The notes: generated by a model from the letters alone, not told the origin. DNA of 64,000 bases from Phycisphaerales bacterium JB060 (GCA_044440025.1 JBITAF010000033.1:702-64701); one strand, 5' to 3'; numbered from the stretch's first letter, positions 9,251 to 21,280 are shown. Numbers and translations: made by a program.

Positions 9251-9721
9251 ATGACTAGGACTCTTTCGATGTGGACCGCGCTGGTGGCGATTCTCGTGGG
9301 CACGGCGGGTGCGTCCGCCCAGGGCGTGGGCACCGACTCGCCCGATCCGGTGGTCGTGGCCCAGCGCTGCGTGGCGCAGTTTGAGCAAGTCCGAGACCGG
9401 ACGGTGGACGGTGTCGCCGCCGCGACGCGGGGGGCGACTGGCCGTATCGCACGGCTGGACGCCGATGGGGCGCCCGATCGGGTGATCATCGCCGTGGGCA
9501 ACACGGGCGTGGATCGCGTGCAGGCCATCGGGCGGGCGGGCTCGGCTCGCATCGCCCGCGGTTCCGACCACTGCACGCGCCTGCTGCGACGCCTCGGGGC
9601 CGACCGTGCGCTGATCGTCCGCGTGCAGGGCGCGGCCGATGGTTTCCAGGAGGACATCCGCAACGCCGTGCGGCGAGGGACCGCAGCGATCCGCCAGGCC
9701 GTGGCCGACGCGATCGGCTGA
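9251..9721 (+). CDS. Secreted hypothetical protein
   Basis: GAGGAGG RBS at 9236-9242. Signal peptide MWTALVAILVGTAGASAQG. Followed by a rho-independent terminator. Confidence 0.55.
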   Translation: MTRTLSMWTALVAILVGTAGASAQGVGTDSPDPVVVAQRCVAQFEQVRDRTVDGVAAATRGATGRIARLDADGAPDRVIIAVGNTGVDRVQAIGRAGSARIARGSDHCTRLLRRLGADRALIVRVQGAADGFQEDIRNAVRRGTAAIRQAVADAIG

Positions 9722-9767
9722 GCGCATCAGGCATCACAACTCTGAAGCCCCGAGCTTCTTGACTCGG

Positions 9768-9800
9768 CACCCCGCCTGGGGAGGGCGGGGTGTTTCATTT
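9768..9800 (+). terminator. Rho-independent terminator
   Basis: CACCCCGCC / TGGGGAG / GGCGGGGTG followed by TTTCATTTT. Confidence 0.6.
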
Positions 9801-9894
9801 TAATGGACGGGAACTGGAAGTTGACTGTGATTTGATTTCCAGGCGAATCAGAATGCGTTTGATGTGGGGCGTGGGTGAGCATCCATCCGCGCGG

Positions 9895-10362
9895 TCATGC
9901 GTGCTGATGGCCCCGGCGACGTTTCTTTATGCGCGCTCGCACTGCCATTAGTATGAGAATGCCCACCATGACTGCCATCAGGCCGATGGCAGCGAACGCC
10001 ACGACCTGGCCGGCGATGAAGATGATGCGGCCGTCACCGGTCAGCATCATGGGATCGCGTAGCCGGGCATCGGGTGAGATAGTGCGGATGTGTGAGACGA
10101 TCGAGGCGTGGTTGTTCGGCAGCGTGTACGTGCGATGCGTGCCTGCGCCAAAGTCGATCTCGTACACGGTTGCGTCCGCAGCCGAACGAGACGCGTGGGC
10201 TATGAAGAAGTAATCGTCGTCATTGGTGCAGGCGACGACCTGGCTGAACGGAATCTGCAACTGTTCGTCTGAAGGCGTATTGATAGCAATCCAGTCATCA
10301 ACGATGAAGAGCTCATAGCCGGATCCCAGTTGGCCCGCGCTCTCTCCGAACTTCGGCTGCAT
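9895..10362 (-). CDS. Hypothetical protein with a C-terminal TM anchor, in a visibly lower-GC segment
   Basis: 155 aa ORF. TM segment IIFIAGQVVAFAAIGLMAVMVGILILMAV followed by the basic tail RARIKKRRRGH. Confidence 0.55.
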   Translation of the reverse strand: MQPKFGESAGQLGSGYELFIVDDWIAINTPSDEQLQIPFSQVVACTNDDDYFFIAHASRSAADATVYEIDFGAGTHRTYTLPNNHASIVSHIRTISPDARLRDPMMLTGDGRIIFIAGQVVAFAAIGLMAVMVGILILMAVRARIKKRRRGHQHA

Positions 10363-10426
10363 TGGATAACCCCCTACGATGAGCCGAGGGGTTTACGTGC
10401 TCGTTCTGTGCGAAGTTCGGCTCGCC

Positions 10427-11275
10427 TTACGCCGCGCTCGACTTTCGTGCATTCATCACCCGCTCGGCGTACTTGTTCATGCCGTCGCGGAGCTGCTCGA
10501 AGCTTTCCAGCACGTAGAGGATCGGCTGGTAGTGATCGATCTCGAAGGGGGTCTCGCAGACGCGGTCCATGTCGAAGGGGCGGCGGTCGACGTTCTGGCT
10601 GTGCAGGGCGTGCTCGCTCTCGCCCAGGCTGCTGATCAGCCCGCTGCCGTAGAGCTTGGTGCGGCCGCCTTCTTTGATGAGCCCGAACTCGACGGTGAAC
10701 CAGAACAGGCGGCCCAGCCGCTCGATGTGGTAGGGATCCTCGCAGTGCAGGGCGGCCTTGCCATAGGTTTGCAGGAACTCGGCGAACACGTCGTCGGCGT
10801 GCAGGGGCACGTGGCCGAAGATGTCGTGGAAGATGTCCGGCTCGGGCAGGTAATGCATGAGGCGCCTGGGCCGCATGGTGATGGTGGTGGGGAACTCGCG
10901 GTTGGCCAGGCAGGCGAAGAAGGCCTTGGCGGGCAGGTAGCCCGGCACGGGCCGGCTCTGCCATCCAGTGCGCTGGGCCAGGTTGGCGTTGATGGCGGCG
11001 ACCTCGGGCACGCTGTCGCCGGGCAGGCCGATGGCCTTCATGCCCTCGAGGAAGACGGTGGAAGCCTGCTCGTCGAGGGTCTTGAAGCGCTCGTGGTAGA
11101 GGGTCCGCCATACCTCGTGGTTTTCCTGGGTATAGAGGTCCATGTTCTGGGTGATGAAGAACTTGGAGGTGTCGATCTCGCTGGAGGGCTGGAAGGGGGC
11201 CTTATCGGCGGCGGCCTGGGCCAGGCGGGCCTCGTCGCTGTCGATGACCTTGCTGTACTCGATATCGCCTCGCAT
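10427..11275 (-). CDS. phhA: Phenylalanine-4-hydroxylase (biopterin-dependent aromatic amino acid hydroxylase)
   Basis: Iron-binding signature PEPDIFHDIFGHVPLH plus FWFTVEFGL and YGSGLISS. Confidence 0.9.
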   Translation of the reverse strand: MRGDIEYSKVIDSDEARLAQAAADKAPFQPSSEIDTSKFFITQNMDLYTQENHEVWRTLYHERFKTLDEQASTVFLEGMKAIGLPGDSVPEVAAINANLAQRTGWQSRPVPGYLPAKAFFACLANREFPTTITMRPRRLMHYLPEPDIFHDIFGHVPLHADDVFAEFLQTYGKAALHCEDPYHIERLGRLFWFTVEFGLIKEGGRTKLYGSGLISSLGESEHALHSQNVDRRPFDMDRVCETPFEIDHYQPILYVLESFEQLRDGMNKYAERVMNARKSSAA

Positions 11276-11577
11276 GGTGGTCCCTCCGGCTGTGCCTGTC
11301 GGTGTTATTTAAAGATGATACACGGGGAGTACGGCCGGCTTCGAGTGCGGCCGGTTCGTCCGATAAAACCTGCAGCCCGCGCGACCCTTTGTGCTCTGGG
11401 GTTCGTAGTCGGCCCTCTCACCAGATAGGATCGTGGCCAACCGACAGGTGTTGGCGGGGTGCGCCGGGCTGGCGCATCGCTGGAGGCTGGTGGGACGGCC
11501 CGCCCGCCGCGGCCCCGATCGGGGAGGGCCCCGGGCGCAACGCCGGATTCTGGAACAGATTCGAAGGAGGCACGAGG

Positions 11578-13017
11578 ATGCTCGGTCGCACAGGTCAGTT
11601 TGTCCCGGCGAGTCGCTGGGTGTTTGGCGCGGGCGTGATGGCCGCGTCGGTCTGCATGGTCTCGCCGGTGATAGCGCAGGAGGGCGAGGTCGCCCGTCAG
11701 CGGTTGGAAGAGTCGCGAGAGGCCATCGGCAAGCTCAAGACGCTCCAGTACACCGGCACGGTGGACAGCGAGGGCCCGCTGCTGGGCATGATCGAGGAGC
11801 TCAACAGCACCGTCTGGATGGAGCGGGTGGGCGAGGGCGAGGCCTCCGAATGGAACCATCGCCGCCAGGGCTCAACCAGGGTTCGCAACCCGGCCACGGG
11901 TGAGACCGAGACCGTTGAGTTCGACGTGGTGCGCAAGGGCCCCAACGTCACGTACGTTGCCCACGACCTGCGCACCGTCTACGAGCGGTTCCACCGCGCC
12001 GCTAGGCATCGCAGCATCACCGTGGCCCAGACCGGCTGGATCGGCGAGTTCGCCGACAACACGCCATTCGAGCGCGAGCTGACCATGCCCGAGGTGAAGC
12101 TGACGCTGAACATCGGCGGCGACACCGTGGACGGCGATGTGTGCGACGTGGTCGAGGTGGCCTTCGGCGATCAGCGGCAGCTTGTCCGCTGGTCCATCAG
12201 CCAGGAGACCGACCTGCCCCGCCGCAAGCAGACCCGCCTGGGCACCGACAACATGCAGACCTACACGATCACGAACATCGCGGTCGACAGGGAACTGCCC
12301 GAGGACATCTTCACCCTGCCTACACCCGAGGGCTACGCCAAGAACACCACCGTTCGACGCAGCGCCCGCGAGATGGGCGGACCCAGCGCCACGCCCAACT
12401 ACCCGGCGGCCAAGCCCTTTACCGTGACCATCGCCGAGGGGCCGGGCAAGGGCGAGGAGGTCAGCCTGGAGAGCCTCAAGGGTAATGTGGTGGTGCTGGA
12501 CTTCTGGACCGGATGGTCGAGCACCTCCAAGGACTCGCGCGGCGACATCCAGGAGATCGCCGAACACTTCGAGGATGAGGACGTGAGGGTGCTGAGCATG
12601 ACCTGGCGCGAGCGCGGGCGGGTCCAGGCCGGCATCGATGCTTGGAAGGCCAGCGACGCGACCTACCCGCTGGCGACCGGCGCCGACTCGGTGGCCCTGG
12701 AGTACGCCGTCAGCAGCTTCCCCACCGTGTTCGTGATCACCAAGGATGGCAAGCTCGTGTACTCGATGACGGAGTACAACGAGGAGACCTTCAAGACCGG
12801 CATCGTCGAGGCCGTGCAGAAGGCCCTGGATGGCGGTTTCGCCAGCGGCTCCCCGACCACGACCACCATGCAGCCGGGAAACCAGACGGGCAATCAGACC
12901 ACCGAAGAGGGCGGCAACCAGTCCAACGGTAATCAGTCCGGCGGGAACGGTAACCAGTCGGGTGGCAATGGCAACCAGTCCGGCGGTAACCAGTCGGGTG
13001 GCAACCAGCCCAAGTAA
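11578..13017 (+). CDS. Secreted LolA-like / thioredoxin-fold (TlpA-like, CXXC lost) protein with a GNQ(S/T)-repeat tail
   Basis: AAGGAGG RBS precedes ATG 11578. Signal peptide ends in VIAQEG. The redoxin block VVVLDFWTGWSSTSKD has WSSTS where WCxxC is expected. C-terminal tail GNQTGNQTTEEGGNQSNGNQSGGNGNQSGG. Confidence 0.75.
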   Translation: MLGRTGQFVPASRWVFGAGVMAASVCMVSPVIAQEGEVARQRLEESREAIGKLKTLQYTGTVDSEGPLLGMIEELNSTVWMERVGEGEASEWNHRRQGSTRVRNPATGETETVEFDVVRKGPNVTYVAHDLRTVYERFHRAARHRSITVAQTGWIGEFADNTPFERELTMPEVKLTLNIGGDTVDGDVCDVVEVAFGDQRQLVRWSISQETDLPRRKQTRLGTDNMQTYTITNIAVDRELPEDIFTLPTPEGYAKNTTVRRSAREMGGPSATPNYPAAKPFTVTIAEGPGKGEEVSLESLKGNVVVLDFWTGWSSTSKDSRGDIQEIAEHFEDEDVRVLSMTWRERGRVQAGIDAWKASDATYPLATGADSVALEYAVSSFPTVFVITKDGKLVYSMTEYNEETFKTGIVEAVQKALDGGFASGSPTTTTMQPGNQTGNQTTEEGGNQSNGNQSGGNGNQSGGNGNQSGGNQSGGNQPK

Positions 13018-13061
13018 GGCACACGCACCAGACAGTTAGTCGTACAAGTACACACAAGAAT

Positions 13062-13087
13062 GCCCGCGGCCGAGTCTGGTCGCGGGC
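13062..13087. terminator. Bidirectional hairpin between convergent genes
   Basis: GCCCGCG / 12-nt loop / CGCGGGC with T-rich flanks on both strands. Confidence 0.5.
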
Positions 13088-13108
13088 GTTCTGGTTTGTC
13101 AGGTTTCG

Positions 13109-13729
13109 TTACGCGTCCGACTGCGACATCGGGGCCGCTTTGGGAGCGCTGAGACCCTTGCTGTAGATGCCCGATCGATCAAAGCAGCAGGCCCTTCGCT
13201 TGCCGCTGGCGAGCATCGAGCAGGCCGAGTCGATCCGCCGGGTGCGGGTCTCTGCCTTCTTTGCCGAAACGATCCAGTGGATCCAATCCCGGCGCGCTAT
13301 CGCGGTGATGTCTTTCCACACCGCTCGCGCCTCGGGTGCGGCCGCCAGAGCCTTGCGGAGATCTGACGGTACCTTCGGTTCCGGCTCGACCTCCACCGGC
13401 GTGATCTCGAGCGAGACCGTGTCGCCCGCGCTGGCGCTCGCGCCGTCGAGCATCTTCTTGGTGACCTTGAGCCAGTGGCTCGCCTGGCCGTCCGGCTCGA
13501 GCGTGGCCTGGAAGGCAAATCCGTTGATGGTGCCGTCCACGGAAGCCATGCCCCGGGCTGGCAGCTTCGCACTCGCGGTCTTTGGCAGGATGAGGAACGC
13601 CCATGAGCCGGGCTTAGAGGACTCTGCCGGTTCGACGAGCTTTGCGCGGAAGCGGATTGGAGAAACAGCCCGCGCCCCCTTGTTCGAGGGCTTGGGCTTG
13701 TTCTTCTTGCTTACCTTGTGTTGAGCCAT
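13109..13729 (-). CDS. DUF1905 / YdeI (OmpD-associated) family protein
   Basis: The C-terminal 206 aa of track ORF 13109..14992, from MAQHKVSKKNK. Contains WAFLILPK...VDGTINGFAFQATL and DWIHWIVSAKKAETRTRRI. Confidence 0.8.
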   Translation of the reverse strand: MAQHKVSKKNKPKPSNKGARAVSPIRFRAKLVEPAESSKPGSWAFLILPKTASAKLPARGMASVDGTINGFAFQATLEPDGQASHWLKVTKKMLDGASASAGDTVSLEITPVEVEPEPKVPSDLRKALAAAPEARAVWKDITAIARRDWIHWIVSAKKAETRTRRIDSACSMLASGKRRACCFDRSGIYSKGLSAPKAAPMSQSDA

Positions 13730-13749
13730 GCTTTGGCCCCGGCGTGTGC

Positions 13750-16497
<2,748 letters not shown>

Positions 16498-16648
16498 CGG
16501 CAGCGCGTCCTATACTCGGCTTTTGGTTGGATACTCGCCAGGCCTCATCGCGCGATGCGGGCCTGCCTAGCGTGAAGGTTTGCCGCGGGAAAGCCGGGCG
16601 GCAGGTTTTCGATCGCTTGGAGTTGGATCTTAGAGGACCTATCCGCCC

Positions 16649-17887
16649 TTGACGAGCGCACCAATCGAATCCGTCCCCGATCCGACCGCCGGTGCTTGCT
16701 CACTTGAGACGCTGGGCCGGTTGGACAATGAACGTCCGATAGCCGCACTTGTTCGAGGCGATCGGGCCTTGGTGCACGGGTGCGGCCCGTGGCAGGAAGC
16801 CCGGGGCCATGGGCTGACACCCCAGGGCGACACCGCGTTCGCGGGCTTTGTTTCGTACGAGATCGGACGCGTGCTCGAGCCCACCAGCACCGCCCCCCGG
16901 CCCGGCGCCATGCCCGAGAACGCCCGGCCCGATTCGGCGTGGGGCCTTGGAGGCTGGGCGGCGCTTGAGGCGTGCCCCGAGCCAGCGATCCACCCGTGCG
17001 AGGGACGCACAGAAGAACGGGCGTACCGCCTGGGCGCGATGCGGAGTGCCTGGGGGCGCACGCGGTACGTCGATGCCGTCGCCCGAGCGATCGAGCTCAT
17101 CCACGCCGGTGATATGTATCAGGTGAACCTGACGCACGCGCTGGTCGGTCGCTTCGAGGGCTCGACGCGCGCGCTCTTTGCTGATCTTGCGCAAGCGGCC
17201 TCCCCGGCGATGGGGTGCTACCTGGAACTCCCCCCGCTTCCCGACGGCCGCCGCCGCGCAGTCCTGAGCCTGAGCCCCGAGCTACTCCTGCGCTACGACG
17301 CCGCGACACGCACATTAACGACCGAACCCATGAAGGGCACGCGCCCGGCCACCGATGCCGGCCTGGACGACCTGCGCGAGGCCGAGAAAGACAAGGCCGA
17401 ACTGGCGATGATCGTCGACCTTATGCGCAACGATCTGGGACGCGTGAGCACCATCGGCAGCGTGCGCGTCGACCAGCCGAGAATACTCGAACGCCACGGC
17501 CCGGCCGAGGATGGCGTGTGGCAAGCCAGCGCGCGCGTGAGCGGCCGACTGCAAGATGGCCTTTCGCTCGATGACGCCTTGCGCGCCACGCTGCCCGCGG
17601 GGTCGATCACCGGCGCCCCGAAGGTGCGCGCGATGCAGGTCATCCACCAAATGGAGCCCACGCCGCGCGGGCCGTACTGCGGGGCCATTGGCATCATCGA
17701 CGCCCACGGCAATGCCGAGTTGGCCGTGGGCATCCGCACGGCCGTGGTGGTGGGCGACGAGCTTCGGTATTCGGTGGGCGCGGGCGTTGTGGCCCAGAGC
17801 GAGCCGCAGGCCGAGTGGGCCGAGACGCTGTCCAAGGCCGGTCCGCTGCGCGCTATCGGCGCGGTCATCGAGGACGATACCCCGTGA
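16649..17887 (+). CDS. pabB: Aminodeoxychorismate / anthranilate synthase component I family (PabB-like)
   Basis: Chorismate-binding signature PAGSITGAPKVRAMQVI...RGPYCGAIG. TTG start. Short N-terminus. Confidence 0.75.
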   Translation: MTSAPIESVPDPTAGACSLETLGRLDNERPIAALVRGDRALVHGCGPWQEARGHGLTPQGDTAFAGFVSYEIGRVLEPTSTAPRPGAMPENARPDSAWGLGGWAALEACPEPAIHPCEGRTEERAYRLGAMRSAWGRTRYVDAVARAIELIHAGDMYQVNLTHALVGRFEGSTRALFADLAQAASPAMGCYLELPPLPDGRRRAVLSLSPELLLRYDAATRTLTTEPMKGTRPATDAGLDDLREAEKDKAELAMIVDLMRNDLGRVSTIGSVRVDQPRILERHGPAEDGVWQASARVSGRLQDGLSLDDALRATLPAGSITGAPKVRAMQVIHQMEPTPRGPYCGAIGIIDAHGNAELAVGIRTAVVVGDELRYSVGAGVVAQSEPQAEWAETLSKAGPLRAIGAVIEDDTP

Positions 17888-18372
17888 CGCGCGTGCTGGC
17901 AGACCTGGTGGACGTGTACGTGCTGCGGGAGCGCGAGGCCGTCGAGTTCCTCCAGCTCCGCCGAACCGCCCAGCCCATGGCCGGCTCGTGGCAGCCGGTG
18001 ATGGGGCACATCGAGCCCGACGAGAGCGCCGTTGCGGCGGCCGTGCGCGAGCTGGGCGAAGAGGTCGGGCTGGAGCCGGGCGACGCGGCGTGGCGTGGCT
18101 TCTGGCAGCTCGAAGAGGTGCCCCCCTACTTCGTCACCGCGCTCGACGCCGTGGTGCTCTCGCCGCGCTTCGCCGTGCTCGTCGATGCGGCCTGGGCGCC
18201 CGACCTGACCGGCGAGGACACGCACGACGCCCACCGCTGGGTCCGCGCGGTCGATACTGAAACGAGCTTCTTGTGGCCCGGCCAGTGGCGGGCGTGCGCC
18301 GAGGCGGCCAGCCTGCTCGCTATGCGCGGATCCGAGCTCGAGCGGGCGTTGCGGCTGCCTCCCGAGGCATGA
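17884..18372 (+). CDS. NUDIX hydrolase, translationally coupled to pabB
   Basis: Nudix box GHIEPDESAVAAAVRELGEEVGL. The GTG start overlaps the pabB stop (GTGA). Confidence 0.8.
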   Translation: MTRVLADLVDVYVLREREAVEFLQLRRTAQPMAGSWQPVMGHIEPDESAVAAAVRELGEEVGLEPGDAAWRGFWQLEEVPPYFVTALDAVVLSPRFAVLVDAAWAPDLTGEDTHDAHRWVRAVDTETSFLWPGQWRACAEAASLLAMRGSELERALRLPPEA

Positions 18373-19507
18373 CCGCCGCTGGGCGCAGGCTCGGCATGAG
18401 CGGGAAGGTGTCGGCCTCGAGGCCCAGGATGCGCGGGGCCTCGACCCATGGCGCCAGGGCCTGCGCACCCAGGCCACGGCCGTGCATCTCGGCCAGCGCG
18501 TCGAGCATCGGGCCGGGCGAGAGCGTGCCGATGACCAGGCGGTCGGCGTCCTGCGTGTCGTCGACGATCTCGACGCCCGCCTCTGTCAGCGCCCGCCGCA
18601 CGGCCCACGCGTGCTTGCCCTCGTGCATGAGGCGTGCGGTCTCGAAGCGTTCTGCGCCCAGCGAGCGCTCGACGGCCTCGCGTGCGTGATACAGCCCGAC
18701 GAACCGCTCGAAGTGGTGTTCGCTCAGCGGCCGGCGCTCGAGCGAGCGTCGGATGCTGCGCAGCTCGGCCAGCCCCTGGCGGAAGCCCTCGACGGCGTTT
18801 TCCTTCTCGGCGATCCAAGCGCAGCGGCGGATGTGGTCGCGGCGGAGCGCGGCGCGATCGTGCCGGGGCGTTGTTCGCTCGATCACCACGCCGGTGTTGC
18901 GCGTCACCAGCCGCAGCAGGAGATTCATGTCTCGACCGGTGGCCGACTTGCGGTGCAGCACGCGGAACCATGGGCTCATCTCGGTCCGCCAACCCGCGTC
19001 GATGAGCCGGGCGCTCAGGTCGTGCTCCTCGGCATAGTACAGGAACGACTGGTCGTAGCCGCCCGTATCGATAAACGCGCGCTTGCGCACCGCCGCCCCA
19101 CAACCCACAAGCACCTCGGGCAGCCCGCCCCGCTCGCGCGAGCCGTCGGGCAGCGTGATATCGGCCATCACCACGGCCACGTCGTCGGCCGCACGCTCCA
19201 GCACGTGCAGATGTCCCAGGTCCCTCGGCGCACTGTCATCATCGAGCATGACCAGCCAGTCATGCCGCGCCGCGGCCGCCGCGTGGTTACGGGCCGAGGC
19301 CGCGTAGTTGCGACCCAGCCGCACCACGCGCACGGGGATGGACACCTCGGGCAGCGTGTCGCGCACCGGCACGTCCGAGGCGTTGTCGGCGATGACGATC
19401 TCGACCGGGCTGGTGGCGTCCTTGTGCAGCGCGTCGAGCGTGCACAGCGTGGCGGCCAGCTCGTCGGGCCGGTTGCGCGTGCACGTGACGTACGAGATAG
19501 CGGTCAT
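18320..19507 (-). CDS. Family 2 glycosyltransferase with a C-terminal extension
   Basis: ISYVTCTRNRPDEL, VIADNASD and MLDDDS (DxD). The start ATG overlaps the upstream gene's stop (ATGA at 19504-19507). Confidence 0.8.
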   Translation of the reverse strand: MTAISYVTCTRNRPDELAATLCTLDALHKDATSPVEIVIADNASDVPVRDTLPEVSIPVRVVRLGRNYAASARNHAAAAARHDWLVMLDDDSAPRDLGHLHVLERAADDVAVVMADITLPDGSRERGGLPEVLVGCGAAVRKRAFIDTGGYDQSFLYYAEEHDLSARLIDAGWRTEMSPWFRVLHRKSATGRDMNLLLRLVTRNTGVVIERTTPRHDRAALRRDHIRRCAWIAEKENAVEGFRQGLAELRSIRRSLERRPLSEHHFERFVGLYHAREAVERSLGAERFETARLMHEGKHAWAVRRALTEAGVEIVDDTQDADRLVIGTLSPGPMLDALAEMHGRGLGAQALAPWVEAPRILGLEADTFPLMPSLRPAAVMPREAAATPARARIRA

Positions 19508-21273
19508 GAGGCGGCCCTCGCTTCCGTGCGTTGGGCGTCGTCGCGGTACACCAGGTGGGCGGCGGCCAGCCGATCGATCATGCCGTCCATGGCCCCACGG
19601 GTCACGGTAGCCAGCCCCGGCCTGGACATCGCTTCGGCCTCGGCCATGGCCGCAAGGATGGCGGCGATAGGCAGGTGGGCCTGGGTGTCGCATGCCAACG
19701 CGTGGGCCCCGACGAGGCCCGCCGTCGCCGCCGCCAGCACCGCCGCATCGGCGCCGCAGGAGTCCAGCGGCAGCGGAGCCAGGCTGGGCACCGGCTGGGC
19801 GCGGACGCGCGTCGGCCAGCCATCGCCGGTGTCCACCGCCTCGGTCAGACGATCGAATGCCAGTAAGCCCTCGGCCCCTAACCCGACGATTGCGGTCCGC
19901 GCCTGCGCCGCGTCCATGGCCGACCACGCCGACGAGGTCAGGCTGCCCGCCGGATTGGCCACCGCGCGGCGCAGGTCGGGCTCGGCCACGCAGAGCAGAT
20001 CGGCATGGCGGATCGCCAGTGGGCTCGCCCCGCGTGCCTGCGCGCTGGCCGTCAGGATGCACGAGCGCTCCCGTAGCAACTCGCCGATCGTTCGCGAGAC
20101 CGACCCCGCCAGCAGCCCCAGCCCCTGGTCGGCAACGCATACGGCGTCGACCCGTGGCGCCAACCCGGCCACCGCCGATGTGATCGATTCGCGCAGGCTG
20201 GCGTCGGCGGCGATGGGTCGCGCGTGGTCCACGGTCATCAGTCGCTGGGTACCCGCCACGAAGTGCTCCACAACCAGCGGCTCGGGCGTGGGCGGCAAGG
20301 CCCAGAGCGTCACGCCAGCGTCTCGCAGGCGGGCGGCAAAGCCCTCCCCCGCGGGTCCGGTGGGCGGCATGGTCAGCAGTGTGGGGGTAAGCCCAAGGGC
20401 CGCAAGATGCGCCGCGACCCCCGCCGCGCCCGCGTCGAAGCGGCGCTCCCCGGCCGGCCGCAGGGTCATCACGGGCTCGCGGGCGGTCATCTGGGGCGCC
20501 TGGCAAACCCGGTATACCTCTTGAACAGATTCGCCCACGACCAGTACCCGCCGCCCCCGGGCCGCGTCGAGCACCTCGCCCAGGCGGGCGGTGCCGACAC
20601 CGGGCTGACGGAGGATCTGGGCCAGTGCGCCCGCCGAGGCCTCTACCCCGGTGTCACGCCCGCCCTCCAGCGCGGCGATCAACGCCGTCGAACTGAACAC
20701 GATGTCGCCCGACGAGAACACCACTCGGCCTCCCGCGGCCTCCACGGCCGATCGCTCGGCGGCGAAGCGCGGATCGTTATTGGACTCGTACTCCCGGCCC
20801 TTGACATAGATGTCCGGCTCAATGGCCGCCAGGATGCCCTCGGCGGTCGGGTCGTCCACAATGTGGACGGCATCCACCATGTCCAGACTCGCCAGGTTCT
20901 CTGCCCGAAGACCGTGGGGAATCAGCGGCCGCCCGGCTCCCTTCCTGATGCCCCGATCGGCCGTGATCGTCACAAGCAGGGCGTCTCCCTGGGCCCTTGC
21001 CCATCGCAGGTGCCGTACGTGCCCGGGATGGACGATGTCGAAGCAGCCGTGGCACTGGACCAGTCGCTGACCTCGCTGTCGGAGATCGGCACGCCAGGCC
21101 AGCAGCTCGGCGTGGCCACGGATGGCCGGATGGCGAGGTTGGTTGCTCACATCGGGTTTATCGGCACCAAAATCGGGGCGAGTGAAGTGAAGATGCCGGT
21201 CGTTTGGGCCGAAACTGCTTGAGAATGACTTCGAGGATTGCCCCGCCCGACGCCGTGGGTCGTTCCGCATCAA
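19504..21273 (-). CDS. Bifunctional HldE/RfaE-like protein, N-terminal cytidylyltransferase-like domain and C-terminal PfkB-like sugar kinase domain
   Basis: HxGH nucleotidyltransferase motif GCFDIVHPGHVRHL is N-terminal. A ribokinase-like fold follows (RVLVVGE..., late DSCGADAAV). The exact start is uncertain. Confidence 0.7.
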   Translation of the reverse strand: MMRNDPRRRAGQSSKSFSSSFGPNDRHLHFTRPDFGADKPDVSNQPRHPAIRGHAELLAWRADLRQRGQRLVQCHGCFDIVHPGHVRHLRWARAQGDALLVTITADRGIRKGAGRPLIPHGLRAENLASLDMVDAVHIVDDPTAEGILAAIEPDIYVKGREYESNNDPRFAAERSAVEAAGGRVVFSSGDIVFSSTALIAALEGGRDTGVEASAGALAQILRQPGVGTARLGEVLDAARGRRVLVVGESVQEVYRVCQAPQMTAREPVMTLRPAGERRFDAGAAGVAAHLAALGLTPTLLTMPPTGPAGEGFAARLRDAGVTLWALPPTPEPLVVEHFVAGTQRLMTVDHARPIAADASLRESITSAVAGLAPRVDAVCVADQGLGLLAGSVSRTIGELLRERSCILTASAQARGASPLAIRHADLLCVAEPDLRRAVANPAGSLTSSAWSAMDAAQARTAIVGLGAEGLLAFDRLTEAVDTGDGWPTRVRAQPVPSLAPLPLDSCGADAAVLAAATAGLVGAHALACDTQAHLPIAAILAAMAEAEAMSRPGLATVTRGAMDGMIDRLAAAHLVYRDDAQRTEARAAS

Positions 21274-21280
21274 GAACTAC

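Noticed and set aside
8234-9727. 497-aa TruA with a 200-aa N-terminal extension
   Set aside because: The extension is Arg/Pro/Gly-rich with no motif. It overlaps the better-supported plus-strand secreted-protein ORF (RBS plus signal peptide). The canonical TruA N-terminus begins at the GTG at 9127.
18320-20506. Single 728-aa ORF spanning the GT2 gene and part of the HldE-like gene
   Set aside because: The upstream 330 aa are out of frame with the HldE-like protein, which has clear motifs. The GT2 domain starts at an ATG that forms an ATGA overlap with the HldE-like gene's stop.
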